Shown here piece by piece: positions 38,197 through 52,563 of a stretch of DNA of 64,000 nt. How positions within the stretch are numbered: position 1 is the first letter of the stretch; the number at the start of each line of letters is the position of its first letter. Under the pieces are notes generated by a model, which had not been told where the DNA came from, did no database searches, and was given only the letters and a program-made list of their open reading frames with translations. Source of the DNA: Octopus bimaculoides (Eukaryota); contig NC_068987.1 in assembly GCF_001194135.2 (NCBI RefSeq), positions 27,042,997 through 27,106,996 on the forward strand. The letters run 5' to 3'. Position numbers and translations under genes: made by a program.

Positions 38197-39300
38197 CATG
38201 GGTCGTTTGAAAAGTTCAAAGGCTGATCAAGACACTCTAATGTGATGTAATGAAATAATGTTTATGTTACAACATACTCCCTCTTGCAATCCACACACTT
38301 CTTCCTTCGGTATTGCAATGCTGGATCAACCTAGAGAAGGTGCTTCCATCTTGTCGGTCAAAAAGGTAAAGAGCAGCAGATATGGCGTCATCATCACTAC
38401 CATACTGACTACCATCCAAGTGCTTCTTCATGTTGGGGAACAAACGATAGTTAGATGATTCCAATCAGGAGAATAAGGCGGGTGATCAACTAGTTTAAAG
38501 TAGCCATGGAAACCAAGGAATTATGTGCTGGCGCATTGTTTTCATAAAACAAGATGCCTTTCGCCAGTTTTTTTTCTGGGTATTTGATCTTGATAGCCTT
38601 TCGTAGTTGCCTTAATACATTAGCGAAGTGCTCTTCATTGATGATATGGCCCTTTTGAAGATAGCCAATAAATACAGTTCCTTTTGCATTCTAAAAAACT
38701 GAGGATAATTCCTTCCCTTGAGATGAAACGTCCTTGGCCTTCTTTGTAGTAGGTGCAGAGGTGTGTCTCCACTGCATGGATCACCTCTTAATTTCTGACT
38801 AAAAGTGATATATCCAATACTCATCCTGGATTAGGGAACGTTCAAGGAAGCCAACTGGATCTGCCAGAAACAATATCAGATTTTTCCGTGATGTGGTGAG
38901 CCTTTTGATCAAGTGCCAGAAGACGTACATCCACCGAGCAGAAATCTTCGTCATGCCACATTCATTACGAAGAATATTCTCAACTCTCCCGTGGGTTATG
39001 CTAGTAGCATTGGCTGTTTGATTTATCATCTGTTACCTGTCATCTAGTATCTTGTGGTGAACAAAGCCAATGTTTTTCTCACTGGTGACAATGCAGGACG
39101 TTCCTAAATTCAGCTGCCCACTTTTTAACTGTTGATAAATATGGAGCGTTATCTCTTAATATAGCAACCAAGTCAGCATAAATGTTCATGGGGTTAAATC
39201 CTTTTTCTGCAGATATTTGATAACACAACTGATCAAATTCTGATCATTTTCAAGAGAAATCGCTACTAGTTATTTTTGAAGTTTTCATTGAACGAAATAC
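38197..39300 (-). mobile_element. Decayed mariner (DD34D, SETMAR/Mos1-like) transposon
   Basis: TA + CATGGGTCGTTTGAAAAGTTC TIR, degenerate partner near 39280-39295. Translated pieces: RVENILRNECGMTKISARW, DEYWIYHF, ENNAPAH, PPYSPD, YRLFPNMKKHL. Confidence 0.88.
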
Positions 39301-40616
39301 CAGTTTACCTATAACTAAACAATGCATTTTTTAATAAGAGTTGAAATTAATGCATGCAAGACATCACAGTTTTAGCATCACTCCTTCCTATTCAGCCTAT
39401 GCACATTTCAGCTCACACCCGTAGTACAGTGCATACAGGTATATCAGCGTACAATGTATCTCGATTTCACTAATTGCTTCAGATGCATATAGAGGTGGGA
39501 GCAGATATCCTTTCCTTCGCTTCATTCTTGACCCAGCGGCACATATAAGGTGTTGGATTCTGAGTGTAGGGAAATACACATTAATAACTGAGTAAGGTCA
39601 CACCCACCCCACGATCTCGTACCAGATATTGGACCAAACACTTTGTCGTCATAAGCCGAATGTCCTAGGCTCTAATCCAGATGCCGTACCACCTGCAAAG
39701 ACACTTCAATTATCAAAAGTATGTTACATATAAGGTTACAGAGTCATAAACGATCGCAAATAACAGCTGTTATTTAGAGTATCTTATTTAGAGTATTGTG
39801 TGTTATATACATATAAAATTATGCTACCTATTTCTTATATGATGTTTTGAAGTTTTCCTTCAAAACTTTACCTTCGGTGTCCTTTCCTTCTCTCTAAAAT
39901 TCTCTCAGTTCTCTTCCGGGTGGTAATGCAGTGATTTCTATTTCTAACTTTTATATAGTTTTTCATAAATTATTTTAGCATGGATTCGAACTATTTGTAT
40001 TCAGCCACAGATTGTTTGGGATTTTGTAAATATTTCTGGTTTCAAGCGTTATTTTATCTTGAGCTCATATTTCGTAACATTAAAGTCCGGTGGCGTTTAC
40101 ACGTTCGATTTGGTTGTTGATTTTGTTAAGCAATCTTTTGTTTTATTTTCTTTCTCTCTTTGCTCTCCATGCTAATCATGTGAATAACAAAAATGAACAC
40201 CCGAGATATAAAATGGCGTCAGCCCATCTGTTCTTAATCCATCGAGTAACCTAGACGGTTGTTGAACATTTGAGAACATTTTCCCAAAAGATCTGCAGAG
40301 AATTAAATGAGCGAGTGATTTAAGTTATACTGGATGAAAATCTGAATGCTAAACGACACAAGTGAGTGGTTTTATTTAGTGAGTACCATTGTCTAAAAAA
40401 ATTTCTAAATAACCTCGTTTTTCAGAGCTGCGCTCAAGATAAGCTTTGCAGGAACAAAATATTTGTCGACCGTACATAAAGTACGACGAAAAGGATTAAA
40501 GAAATACCCCTTCAGTGTCTGCACAAAGATCACATGTGATACTATACCGAACTTGTTATACAACTAGAATGACGAATGCATCTGTCAGGTGAATCTTTCA
40601 CTAACATCTAACATCG

Positions 40617-40660
40617 CCCCCTACCAGATAACGGTAGGGGGTAGTAGACAAAATTACTAG
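40617..40660 (+). other. GC hairpin followed by CTAG|T, possible Helitron 3' terminus
   Basis: CCCCCTACC-agataac-GGTAGGGGG (9-bp stem), then 15 nt, then CTAG followed by T. Confidence 0.25.
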
Positions 40661-41388
40661 TAATTTAGGTGCATCGCTTTGTTTTCTAAGTCCTACAACC
40701 AACCTTTCAATCCCACAGAATTTATCTTAAGCATTATTCATCTGTGTGGCCTGTACAAAAAGTTAACAGTCTAGAAATTAAGTCAATTTCAATTTCATCT
40801 CAAAGTATTTAAGTGTATTAACTATGTTAGAAATAATAATAATGGAGCATGGAGAAATCGACTTTTAGTGTTGTCATCGGTCTAAATGAGTAAGATAGTA
40901 GACAAAATGCCGGGTGGTGTTAAATTGTCTTCCATTTTGTATATTTTCAAAGCCCACATGGTTTGACGTCGACTATATGACAAGTTCTTGTAATGTATGT
41001 TTAATATATTTAATATATTCGATTGCTCCTATTAGAACATTATCACATTATCCATATTATTCTGTCATGAGATTAAATATTCGCTCTTAACGCCTCTCTC
41101 TCTCTCTCTCTCTTGTGTTAAATTCTACCATACCGAATTTAGTCACACTTTATGCAATCCGTTAATCGGAGTACGTATCTTGACGTAATACACGTTTTTA
41201 GCTTACTTGACTTATAAATAGAGTGAAATTAAAGTGAGAATGTGTGTTGACGACTCTCTCAAACGACTATTCATTATTCCCTTCAGTAATAAATATCTTT
41301 AGCTATGGCCACATGCACCAAAAAAAAAAAAAATCTATGAATAATAAGTAGGATGGTTTTTAAGTGAATTGCAATTTCGATATTAAAA

Positions 41389-41455
<67 letters not shown>

Positions 41456-42274
41456 TCTATACATGCACATACATATGTAAGCATTAAAAAGTATATTCAT
41501 ACTCGATAGTAATGCAAGATTAAACAAACGTTTTTCAACTGAACATAGTAATAATCAATTCTAATGAAATATCAAAGAATTTTTTCAACTTATCTATCGG
41601 AAAGTATGCATTTATGTAAATTAATAACGCTAAGAGTAATATTGAAATCGTCAAAATATTAATTTTCTATTGTTTTGTCAAAGTTTTAAAATGTTTGTCT
41701 TGATTACTGAACGAGAAAGACCATTTTGCGATGTTTCAAATTTCTTGTTTGCTTCGCTTTCCGCCCTCCACCATTGGTAGCTTTTATTTTATTTTTTTCC
41801 TGCAGTTTCATGTTATTCTAATGTCACGTTTTATCATTGAATTCACTACGATTACTATAATAATGTTTTCTCACATTGCCACAATACTATAAATGCAAAA
41901 GTGAAGTGCATAATCGATCGAATTTACTTTAGTTCGTATTTTATCGACTACAGATGAATGAAAAACACCAGTCGACCCCCAACAGAATTTCATCTTAAAA
42001 CGTAAAGAGGCAAAAGGAAATACTTTTCGGTATTTACCTCAATTTCTCTTACATTTTGGTCAAACAAGTATCATTAATATATAATAGTTATAACAATAAC
42101 TTGCACATTGGCAACATGCAATTCTTCAGTAGAAGAGTACTCCACAGGTAATTATCTCATCGAACTTGTAAAGTAGACTATAGAAAATCAACCTTACTGA
42201 GATTTGAAATCAAAATGCGTTTAGATGCAGTGTAAAGACAGAATGTGATTATCTATCACTGACCCTAACATGAT

Positions 42275-42462
42275 ATTGGTTTAAAATTTTGACACAAGGC
42301 CAGCAAGTTGAAGAGAGCTGGTAAGTCGATTATATCGACTCCAATGATCAACTGGTAGTCATTTTATCGACCACGAGGGTGAAAGGCAAAGTCGATCTCA
42401 GCGGAGACGGGCGTAATGCCACAAAGTATTTTTCCCGGTGTGCTAACGATTCTGCCAGCTCA
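42275..42462 (-). mobile_element. Meta-domain-type SINE with deletion
   Basis: Reverse complement of consensus. Confidence 0.8.
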
Positions 42463-45400
42463 CCAACTTATCCTACAGTTTCTCACTTCAGCACAAGTCT
42501 TATCCTATTACTTCTCACATAAACAGAAGGCCTGGAATTTTGAAGAAGAAAACTGGATTTTATTTACAACAAAGAGACGAAAAGCAATGTTTGAAACATA
42601 CTACGGAAATTGCTATTACTGAATTATGGTGAGGCATTTTATTAGGTGGTGTTCAGATTCTTTCAGTCCAGCATATTTATACGATAAAATGAGGCAGCAA
42701 TATATTTTTATCCCACTGTAAATACAATAAATTATAAAACATATGGGTTATAAATGTAGCACAGTTCAAGCAGTTATTTTAAAACGAAGTACGTGTTAGA
42801 ACCTTATACGATGAATCTATTAAAAATTGATACAAAAACCAACATAATATGTAAAAATTTAAATTAAAAAGATAATAATCTAAATAATCGGTATCTAATT
42901 TCTAGCACAGAGACAAACTTCAGATTTGGAAATGGCGTATAATTGATTAAATGAAACATTTTATTTGACTGGTAGACATTTTCCCGACCCTCAAATGAGG
43001 AAAACTGAAATTCACATCGGAATGATTTTGAAAACAAAGTTAGGGACGTAAGTAATGATCGTAAGGAATTTTCTCTTATGCTACAACAATTTGGTTACTC
43101 CACCTATTAAGATATATCATAAAAATTTTGAAAAGTGAAAGACACTTAGGTTTCCCTGTCTAACCATAGATGGGATCAAATCAGCTACAGTATACTTGAA
43201 CTCGCTCATAAAATTGGTGCTACTACGCTCAAATTTGGGATTCCTGAAAATGCCTATGATTATCCCTAGTTGGTCTGGGCGCGGGATCTCCCTCATCCTG
43301 TATGAAATTGAGCAGTAGGACTTCATAGATAATTTTTGCGAATTTTACTTGCAGCCTGTCACCCAAACCCTCCTCAAATCTTTTTCTTCCTTTAGCTTCT
43401 TAATAGCTTTTTGGGGTTTCTTTTGTCAAGAAGAGTGTATTTCAGTTTGTTACAGGGCGGAGATAGTGATTCATCTTCAAACTTTTAGCTTAGATTTATT
43501 CCCATTTATCAGATTCTGTTCTGTCTCTCGCATTTAATAGTATATCTAATGTCGGTATCTACCATAGCTATATCGAAATTTGTAAACGCATGAGCAGCGC
43601 ATAAAAGATTTCGATCAGTAGGTCAATCATTGGTTTGCTGCATTTTCCCTTGTTGAGTGACAACACCCTGGTTAATTCGATGAAGAACAAGAACTAAATC
43701 AAGGGCATTCACTCGTAGAGAACTGTTTTCCTCGATATCCTTGTCGATATTTATATTCTTCTCTGATGTACACACAGGCACACACAAATATACACAAGAC
43801 AACTTTCGTGAAATTTTGTTTATCGGATTCACGTTTCAATTCAATGGCCAGATCAGGGCAACCTGGTGTTAGTATTACATACTTATCCAAATAGCCATCA
43901 ATTGGATCAAGTTACAAAAATAACTTCCTAACAACAAACCAATATATGATTGTTAATTCGTTGACTGTTTCAAACATAAGTAGTTATAGTTGCTTTTTTC
44001 TTTTGCCAAAAAATGTTTGCTCTAATATGCTATTTGAATTTTCCTTCTATGCTTATAGTTGGGCATTCATTTTTCATCGATGATAAACTATTGCATCTTG
44101 ATTTATGCATATTAAAGTCATGTATGTCGTTAACATTTGCACTTTCACTTCTTGAGAGATGATTACGGCAGGAAACAAATTATGTCTACATTTTCTCGCT
44201 ATAATATGCATTTTCAGTTACTTTCTGAGATAATGAAAGTTTATATATTCACAAGTTCTAAATTATGTTACTGCCTCTCGCTTTTCTCTCTTATTATGTT
44301 TTGTAATTTTTAATATTTCCAAAGTATGTTGTTTTTACAAACATCCTTCTGAATATTACTGTTTTCACAATCATTTTTGCATATATAATATGAGAATCTT
44401 TGTCTCTTCATACCTTTTCTCAGAATACTTAAATAGTCCATTAGTTGTTCATTTTTGCTGAATTACTATAGACAATTACTTGGAAGAATACATTTATGAT
44501 TTAAACGCAACACATACATAAAGAAGCACACTCTCCCTGCTAATTATATTCTGTCACATATTTAAGATATACGACTTATCGGAAATTCTTCGAGAATGTA
44601 GTAAATAAAGAAGAATAAAACGTAGTTGTATATGCAGTAAATTCTTTTTATATTCAATGCTTAGTGGCTCCATTCTTGAATGAACTAGATTTTTTTCTTC
44701 TACGATAAGTTCTTACAGACGAAATGGATGGACAAATGTGCAACACAGGCATTTCGATTTATCTCGTATCATAATTTATGTGCATCAATATGGTTTCTTC
44801 TCGGAAATTTGTGAAAAAGATATCATCATGGAAAAATTTCTATTATATAATTCCATCTTATCCACAAAAAATCCTACCACACATAATCTGACTGACGTGT
44901 TAGTAGAGCATTATTTTAGGAACGTTTTACATTCATCGAATCAGTTGTATTATCTTTATAATACATTTCCTTTAAGATTTGAGAAGTTGACTTGAAATAT
45001 TAGAAACCCACGCATATAATTTAATGTTATTTTAGCATTGATTATCTCCATCGCTGATCTATTTTATCAATATGAGCATGAACATTGACATGAATATTGA
45101 CGATATTGATATCAATATTGATAATACTTGCTTGTTTCTTTAAAACTTTCTTGAAAGCTGAATTAAAGTTTGCTACTGTGTACCAATGATACTTAATTAT
45201 ATCTTTGTCAGGTAAACATTCTTTGTTTTTAATGTTAAGGTTTTGAAACGAAAGTTACTCTTCTGCAATAGTCATATTAATATTTCCGTACTGGTGTTAT
45301 CGATTTTAGAATTTCTGTTTTCTTTATATCAGTAATCGTCGATGTTATTTCTTGATACATATTGTTAGAAGTGTCTGCCTGTATGTCTGGAGTTTTATTC

Positions 45401-46794
45401 TAAACATGTGATTTTCTGTTTTTATGTTAAGGAGTGTCTTTATAGTAAATCTACATCCATTTTACTATGTTATCTGCAAATATTATCTTTACTTGAGTGC
45501 TATTTGTTTTCACTTCTATTTCCAGTATGTTTCTGCATTCAAGTATCTGTTTCATTTCTATGTCTATTGTATACTGTCTATTATTTGTGCATTACCAAGA
45601 TAATTTATACATTCAGGTGTTCCTTCAAGTACAGTGTGCTACTGTGCAGCGAAAATATAGTTGTTATTCTACTGTTGCTTATGCGTCATTGTTTTGTTCG
45701 TATCATTTGGGACATTCATAGTGTAAATCTGACATAAGATGTGAGAGAATTTGAATTTTCACCGATTCTATTTGAAAGATAATCGTGTCGTACAGAATAT
45801 GAAATATTTTTTCTGCATTTATGTAGCCAGGAGTGGTTCGAATGTTCACGTTCTATTGGTCACATAACTATTAATGTCGTGATCATTTCCACTTTTATAT
45901 AGTTTCATTATTACTACCTGCATGCTTCCGTAGATTGAAATTCACACTTGGTTGTTTTGTACAGATACTTTTTTTTTTTGCACTTTTCCAAATCTAAACT
46001 CAGAAATATATTTTCTTTGCCCACTTTTAGCTGTTTCCTTTTTTTTTTTTGTCTTTAATTTCTTCTGAATTTCTTCCCTGAATCGAGACACCGATATATT
46101 TAGGAGCACTACACGATGATGCGCGGTTAATTACATTCCTTTAACTTTCTTACCTTCTCCTTTCCAACAACAATATACTCCATCTTATCTCCTACTCTTT
46201 CTTCTCCTCCACCTCTTCCTTTCATCCTCCTCGTCCTCCTCGTCCTCCTCGTCCCCCNNNNNNNNNNTCCTCATCATCATCATCATCATCTATTTCTTCT
46301 CCATCGATATTTCTGAAACACCTTGGTATTTTCCAATTTCTCCTTGTTTCTACCACCACTATGATAATGACTATATGGCAGCCTCTAGCAGTTAGACAGT
46401 TAGACAATGTTACTAAATCTATGATTCGAAGTAAGCAAGCGAGTAAATAACTAATGCATTCCAATTGGTTGAGTAAAAGTGAAACGCACGGTCCATTAAA
46501 CCACGCACACGGAACACTGCATATAACTTAAAAGCTGCTAAAATTGATTTATTTACATATTTATTTATATCTGTTGCATATCGAAGTCTGTAAACAATAG
46601 TGTGGTTGGCTACATGTTCCAACCAGTCATTCACTAACCCGCTTGCTTTCTGTCAGTAAGAGTGACAAGAGAATGATACTGGTTGTTCACTTTCTCTTAC
46701 TGGTATGCACGTATTTCGCCACCCTCCAGAGAGATATGCCCACACTAATGCATGTGTGTGTCAACATACATACAAACATACACGCATATATATA

Positions 46795-48175
46795 CATAGT
46801 AGTGGCCAAAATTCGAGAACGAAAATAAAAAAATAAAAGGTATATACATTTCTACTTCATTTTTCCGAATGGGATTTTTACTGTATATACCTTAAAGCAT
46901 GTACATTCTTTACAATACATTTTGTAGGAAGTGATTAATAACTAAATAATTTATAATAGAAAAATGCTTATTTGAAAAATACAAGCTATACAAAATTTGA
47001 GAACGTGTGACATAAGTTTGGCCCAAACTTTTACAATCCACACCAAAATATTAATAAAATGTATACGTTCCATTATTTTTAACACCTTCACAGCATCTTC
47101 GTTCACAGTATTTGACCACTTACATCTCACCTAATTTTAATCAATTCTTCCAGATGTTTTTACTATAAAATCGTAACATTCACAGGTCGGTGCTCTCTTA
47201 TCTAATTACCAAGTATCTTCCATAAGTTTTCAATGGGATTAAGGTCAGGACTCTGAGCCGGCCAACCGATCACTGTAAGGTTTTCACCTTTGAACACCTC
47301 CTTAACTATGTTAGCACTGTGACATGGCACATTTTCCTGCATAAAGATCGGCTGATGAGTTGGCGCTGACTTCATAGCTGGAACATATTATAGAATTATG
47401 TTTTTGTACATGGCTGCATTCAGATTACCATGGTTCAGAATCAAAGGCCCAACACCTGCTGCAGAAATCATTCCTAACGCAATTAAATACCCATCTCGAA
47501 TCTTCACTGATTTCTTCATGCCTTTAAGGAGCAGTATTTTATTTTTACAACGTCTCTCATATTGTCTACCATCGGAGCCTAACTAATTGAATTTGCTTTC
47601 ATCATTGATGAACACATGCGACCAGTTACCGTCCATCCAATGTACGTGCTCATTGGCAAAGACTAACCTCAATTTTTAGTTCTTCATACTGATGAGAGAT
47701 TTAGTGGCGGGGGAACGGGCATCAAGTCCAACTTCCTTCAAACGACAAGTCACAATCCTCCGAGACGCATTCATTCCGTAGTCACGATTTACTTGGCGAG
47801 AAATTCTTACAGCAGCATCGAAACGATCACTTCACAGCAGCCTTTAAATTACACGGTCTTGCCAAACACTTGTTTTTTGTGGACTCCCACATTTTTCTAA
47901 TGACTCAAATGAGCTTGTTTCTTCATAAAACTTGAGTATTCTTGAAACAACACTCTTTGATCTCTCTCTGGCGATATTGGAAATTAACATTCCTTCTTTA
48001 TTCAGTGTGACCAATCGCTTCCTGAGGTTTTCGTCAACTTTATGTTGGCTTTCCATGGTTGGTAATTCACTACTGTTCAATATAAATCTTCTCATTGTTA
48101 GGTCAACTCAGTTTGTATTGGTCGAATTTTCTTTTTGAAGTTTACACCATGTGTTCTCTAATTTTGTCCATCAGG
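46795..48175 (-). mobile_element. Decayed Tc1 (DD34E) transposon
   Basis: TIR cores TGGCCAAAATTCGAGAAC (46803) and GTTCTCTAATTTTGTCCA (48153-48170), TA flanks. Translation: MESQHKVDENLRKRLV..SKSVVSRIL, FINDESKFN, MQENVPCH, WPAQSPDLNPIENLW. Confidence 0.9.
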
Positions 48176-48189
48176 TATTTTTCAAATAA

Positions 48190-48434
48190 TCATTTCCTTT
48201 ACATTATTTACATTATTTACATTTGACGGATATTTGTCCTCATCTTGTTTATTGTTAACACAACGTTTCGGCTGATATACCCTCCAGCCTTCATCAGGTG
48301 TCTTGGGAAAATTTCGAACCTGGGTTCTTATTCCTAAGGTATTTTTCGATGTTATTATTTTTCCGGTCACTGCCTGGAATCGAACTCGGAATCTTGGGGT
48401 TAGTAGTCCGCACTCTTAACCACTACACCATATG
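48190..48434 (-). mobile_element. tRNA-derived SINE with Penelope-type 3' body and (GTAAATAAT)n tail
   Basis: - strand A-box TGGTGTAGTGG and B-box GAGTTCGATTCC (48363-48434); body contains CTGATGA...GAAAC; tail gtaaataat x2.5. Confidence 0.85.
48257..48302 (-). ncRNA. Minimal type I hammerhead ribozyme motif (PLE-type)
   Basis: GACAC-CUGAUGA-A-GGCUG(gaggguauau)CAGCC-GAAA-CG-UU^GUGUU. Stem I 5 bp, stem II 5 bp, loopless palindromic stem III (ACGU). Confidence 0.6.
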
Positions 48435-48510
48435 CTCTATTACAAATTATTTAGTTATAAAATCACTTCCTACAAAATTTGCTGTAAATAATGAACACAC
48501 TTTAAATATA

Positions 48511-49005
48511 CAGTAATCCCTCGACTGTCGTGGGTCTTGCGTTCCAAAACCCCACGAGATACATGAAAATTCGTGAAGTAGAAACAGTACTGCATATATA
48601 TATTTTTTTTATTTTCATAATTTGTATATATTTATTTTATTACAAATGCAGATCAACACCACACACTCACCTCCCGAGTTTCCTTTTCCATAACAGTATG
48701 TGCAATTCCTTGTTTACTCATCTACGATAAGCTACGTATTTTTTAAAAATATATTTTAATTAATGTGTTATACATTGCAGCACTGTACTGCATTTTTATT
48801 TATTATTTTATTAATTTTTAGGCGTGAAAATGCTTATTTTACCACAGAAATAACTGAAATCTAAAAAAAATCTAAATATCTATTGGCCGCAGAAACCCGC
48901 GGTATACTAAGGAGTCCGCGATATGAATTTACATATATTAGCCAGAAAACTCCGCGTTGTACTGAGGGCGTGATAGGCGAACTGCAATATGGTTAGTGAT
49001 TACTG
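48511..49005. mobile_element. pogo/Tigger-type MITE (495 bp)
   Basis: TA|CAGTAATCCCTCG ... GTGATTACTG|TA termini, AT-rich non-coding interior. Confidence 0.75.
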
Positions 49006-49040
49006 TATACAGTAAAAATGACATTTGGAAAAATGAAGCA

Positions 49041-49200
<160 letters not shown>

Positions 49201-49499
49201 TGATTTCAGAAGAATTTTAGAATCTTCGAGAACGTGAAATAATTGATTCATGGAAGTGTGTATCTGGAAGCAAATAAAGCTATACCTAACAGGTTGTAAC
49301 TATTGGATTAAAACCCTTTTAATATATATGTTAAGATAAAACATGTTCAAAAGCCAATATAATTCAAAATGAAATATGTTTGTGATGACAAGGAAACTAA
49401 AATAATAGTTTACACTTTGCCTTATATTTTTATATTTATGTTTTAATACTCCCTCAGTAGCAGAAATGAAAATCAGTGTCCAGCTGGTATTCTTTCCTT

Positions 49500-50900
49500 A
49501 GGTACTTTGGAAGGAGTGTTAGTAATGGCACGCGCAGAATGTTATTATCGTAATAACCAATCTGCTTAATGTAACTTTCATCATCTTTTTAAACTTCGTT
49601 GCTTTGAAGATAACCCTAAATTCTTGGATATGGCATTTCTTCAGCTCCTTTATCAATAACATGTTTGTCTGCAAGTTTTCCTTGATAATGAGATGGCCCT
49701 TCGCTGCAGGAAACAACAGATTTACTATTTCATTATTTAGTAAAATACCTAGGTCCTAGAGCAAATGTCCCCATCGTTGATGGAGTAGTTATCTCGTGAA
49801 TACACCTCGATGCTCTCTATTTCCTAACAGAAATTTCCACCAAAAGAGATCATTTACTGTCCAGTCGCTCGTTCATCATTGCTTTAGAGATTGCAGCCGT
49901 GGTTTTATATTGAAATATGGCAATTTCTGAAAACATTTGTCATCTCTAGGCATACCGTCCTTCTTTTGATATGTAGCCAAAGATGAAAAATGGGGTGTAG
50001 TAGTTCTTATTTAGCGGAACCCTTTGGAATTGTTTGATATTGGCAACTTTATCAGCTGCATCTCTTCTCTGACGGAGCAATGCAGTTTTGTACGTAAGCG
50101 TTTCAGCTCTGGTGTGAAAAGCCAATTTGTAGTCCACAACTAAGATCGCTGCTTGTCGTTTTCCTGTAGAAACTGGTGTATGTGGATTTCGCTTCCCAAA
50201 TATTGAATTGGGGATTGAATAGAAAGATTTTGTGTAATTGGGGGTGGGACGCCTGAAATTTAATGTGGTCCTCAACGGTGTTGAATTTTTGATACATGTT
50301 GACGGCTTCCTTTCGAGCAGGAATCGGTATTAGGACTTTATTCACATTTTTAGAGACTAAGGTGCTAGTGTAGCTGTAGCTAAGATCTCTATGCTCTAGC
50401 TAGCCTATATATGTGACAGTCAAGAGATCTCACAAGCTTAATCTTATTGGCAAACCTAAGATCAGTTTCAATACCATGCTATCATACGAGAAATACATAC
50501 TGCTTCCGATTATGGGCAACGCTTCGTGAATGTCAGTTGGTATAAGGTGGAATCGGTAGAGGTTGGTAGAAGTAAAAGAGGAAGACGAAGTGGAAGAAGG
50601 AAAAGGGGTGGAAGACGAAAATGAAAAGGAAGAGGTAAAATAAGTAGAGGAAGGAGAAAATGAGGGAGGAGGAGAAAGAATAAGAAGTGATGTCGGTTGT
50701 AAGTACCACGTCCGTTATAGTAGGTGCAGTATTGTGGAGGGAAATTACGTACCTAACCTCTCTTAGTGTACTGGAATTTACATTTGTGAGCTTGTTAATG
50801 GCTTCATCGAGGCTGTAGATATGTGTAGGTAATGTGCGGAGTTAGGGCTTGAAGTCTTTTGTAAAGTAGTCCATCTATTCAACAAACTATACATCTAGAC
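49500..50900 (-). mobile_element. Decayed retroelement-like ORF of uncertain class
   Basis: Several broken - strand frames with protein-like text (NKVLIPIPARKEAVNMYQKF; DYFTKDFKP*LRTLPTHIYSLDEAINKL), Ser/Thr-rich linker, no splice pattern. Confidence 0.3.
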
Positions 50901-51899
50901 TATATTCTGCTACAATAATTTGTATACGTATATGTATCCAAGAAAGGACTACGTTCTAGTTTAAGGATAAAAAATATCCTTTATGCATAGTCTTAGGACA
51001 GTAGATTTTCTGAAATTGCTAGTCAATATACATTTGGAAACTTGGACAACTTTCCATCTTTTTCATCAGATTGAACTGAAGTCGACATTGTTGTGATTTT
51101 CACGTAGTTTGAAGAATCTTACAAAAGTCAAGCTTGATGTTATTAATATTCGTAATGTTGTCAATGCCTTTTTAAAATCTCCCCTGTAGATTTCATTTCA
51201 TATTAAATTTGATAATTTATTTCCTGTTTGAGGTATCTCTCTATCGATTTTTGTTAAATATTTTGTTATCAATAAAGCTTCCTCTAAATGTTTGTTGAAT
51301 TTTATTTAAAGTTATAGTGCTGTGAACTGTGTTTGTCAATCTCATTTTCTTCCAAATAAATTTCGAACAGATACAATCAGTATTCCACACAAATTTTATG
51401 TGTAGATATGTTCTAGATAAACATAGGATGATCATAATTATAACATAGTTATAATCTAATAGACTTGTGACTATTTGATCCCGTCATCCCTTGGAAAGTT
51501 GCTTTTATAGTCCAAGCGCAGTACATAGGTTCGAAAGATTCTTGTACAGACGGAGAAGAAACGCACTTAAAATCCCAAAATGCAACCAAAAATGTCAATT
51601 ATATCACTCCACTGTGGAGGACATAACATAAAATCCAAAATGTCATCGAGACAATACATCCCACGGTGAAATGATGCTGGTAGTGAAACGTTATATATCG
51701 CCATCCTCAGGACAAGCTAAACTGGGCTGAGAATAAACAGCATTTCTGCTAATGAATGCATAAATACCTTCCAGCACAAAGAATACTATGGGAACATTTC
51801 CATGAAAAGGAAAAATCATAACAGACGTTATAACGTTAATTGGAACAGAAAAGTTATGTTAGCTATCTTGCAGATTTACAGACAACTGATTCGGTACAC

Positions 51900-52557
<658 letters not shown>

Positions 52558-52563
52558 TTATTT

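Noticed and set aside
38500-38513. Second X-box-like motif GTAGCCATGGAAAC
   Set aside because: It lies inside the mariner CDS (antisense of GFHGY codons), so it is not evidence of a promoter.
40212-40250. AAAATGGCG (YY1/Kozak-like) with a short ORF and weak donor
   Set aside because: A single 9-mer with no CpG-rich promoter context or supporting exon chain.
48363-48434. Possible functional tRNA gene (also at 33404 and 59700)
   Set aside because: The acceptor stem does not close and the heads continue into SINE bodies; these are tRNA-derived heads only.
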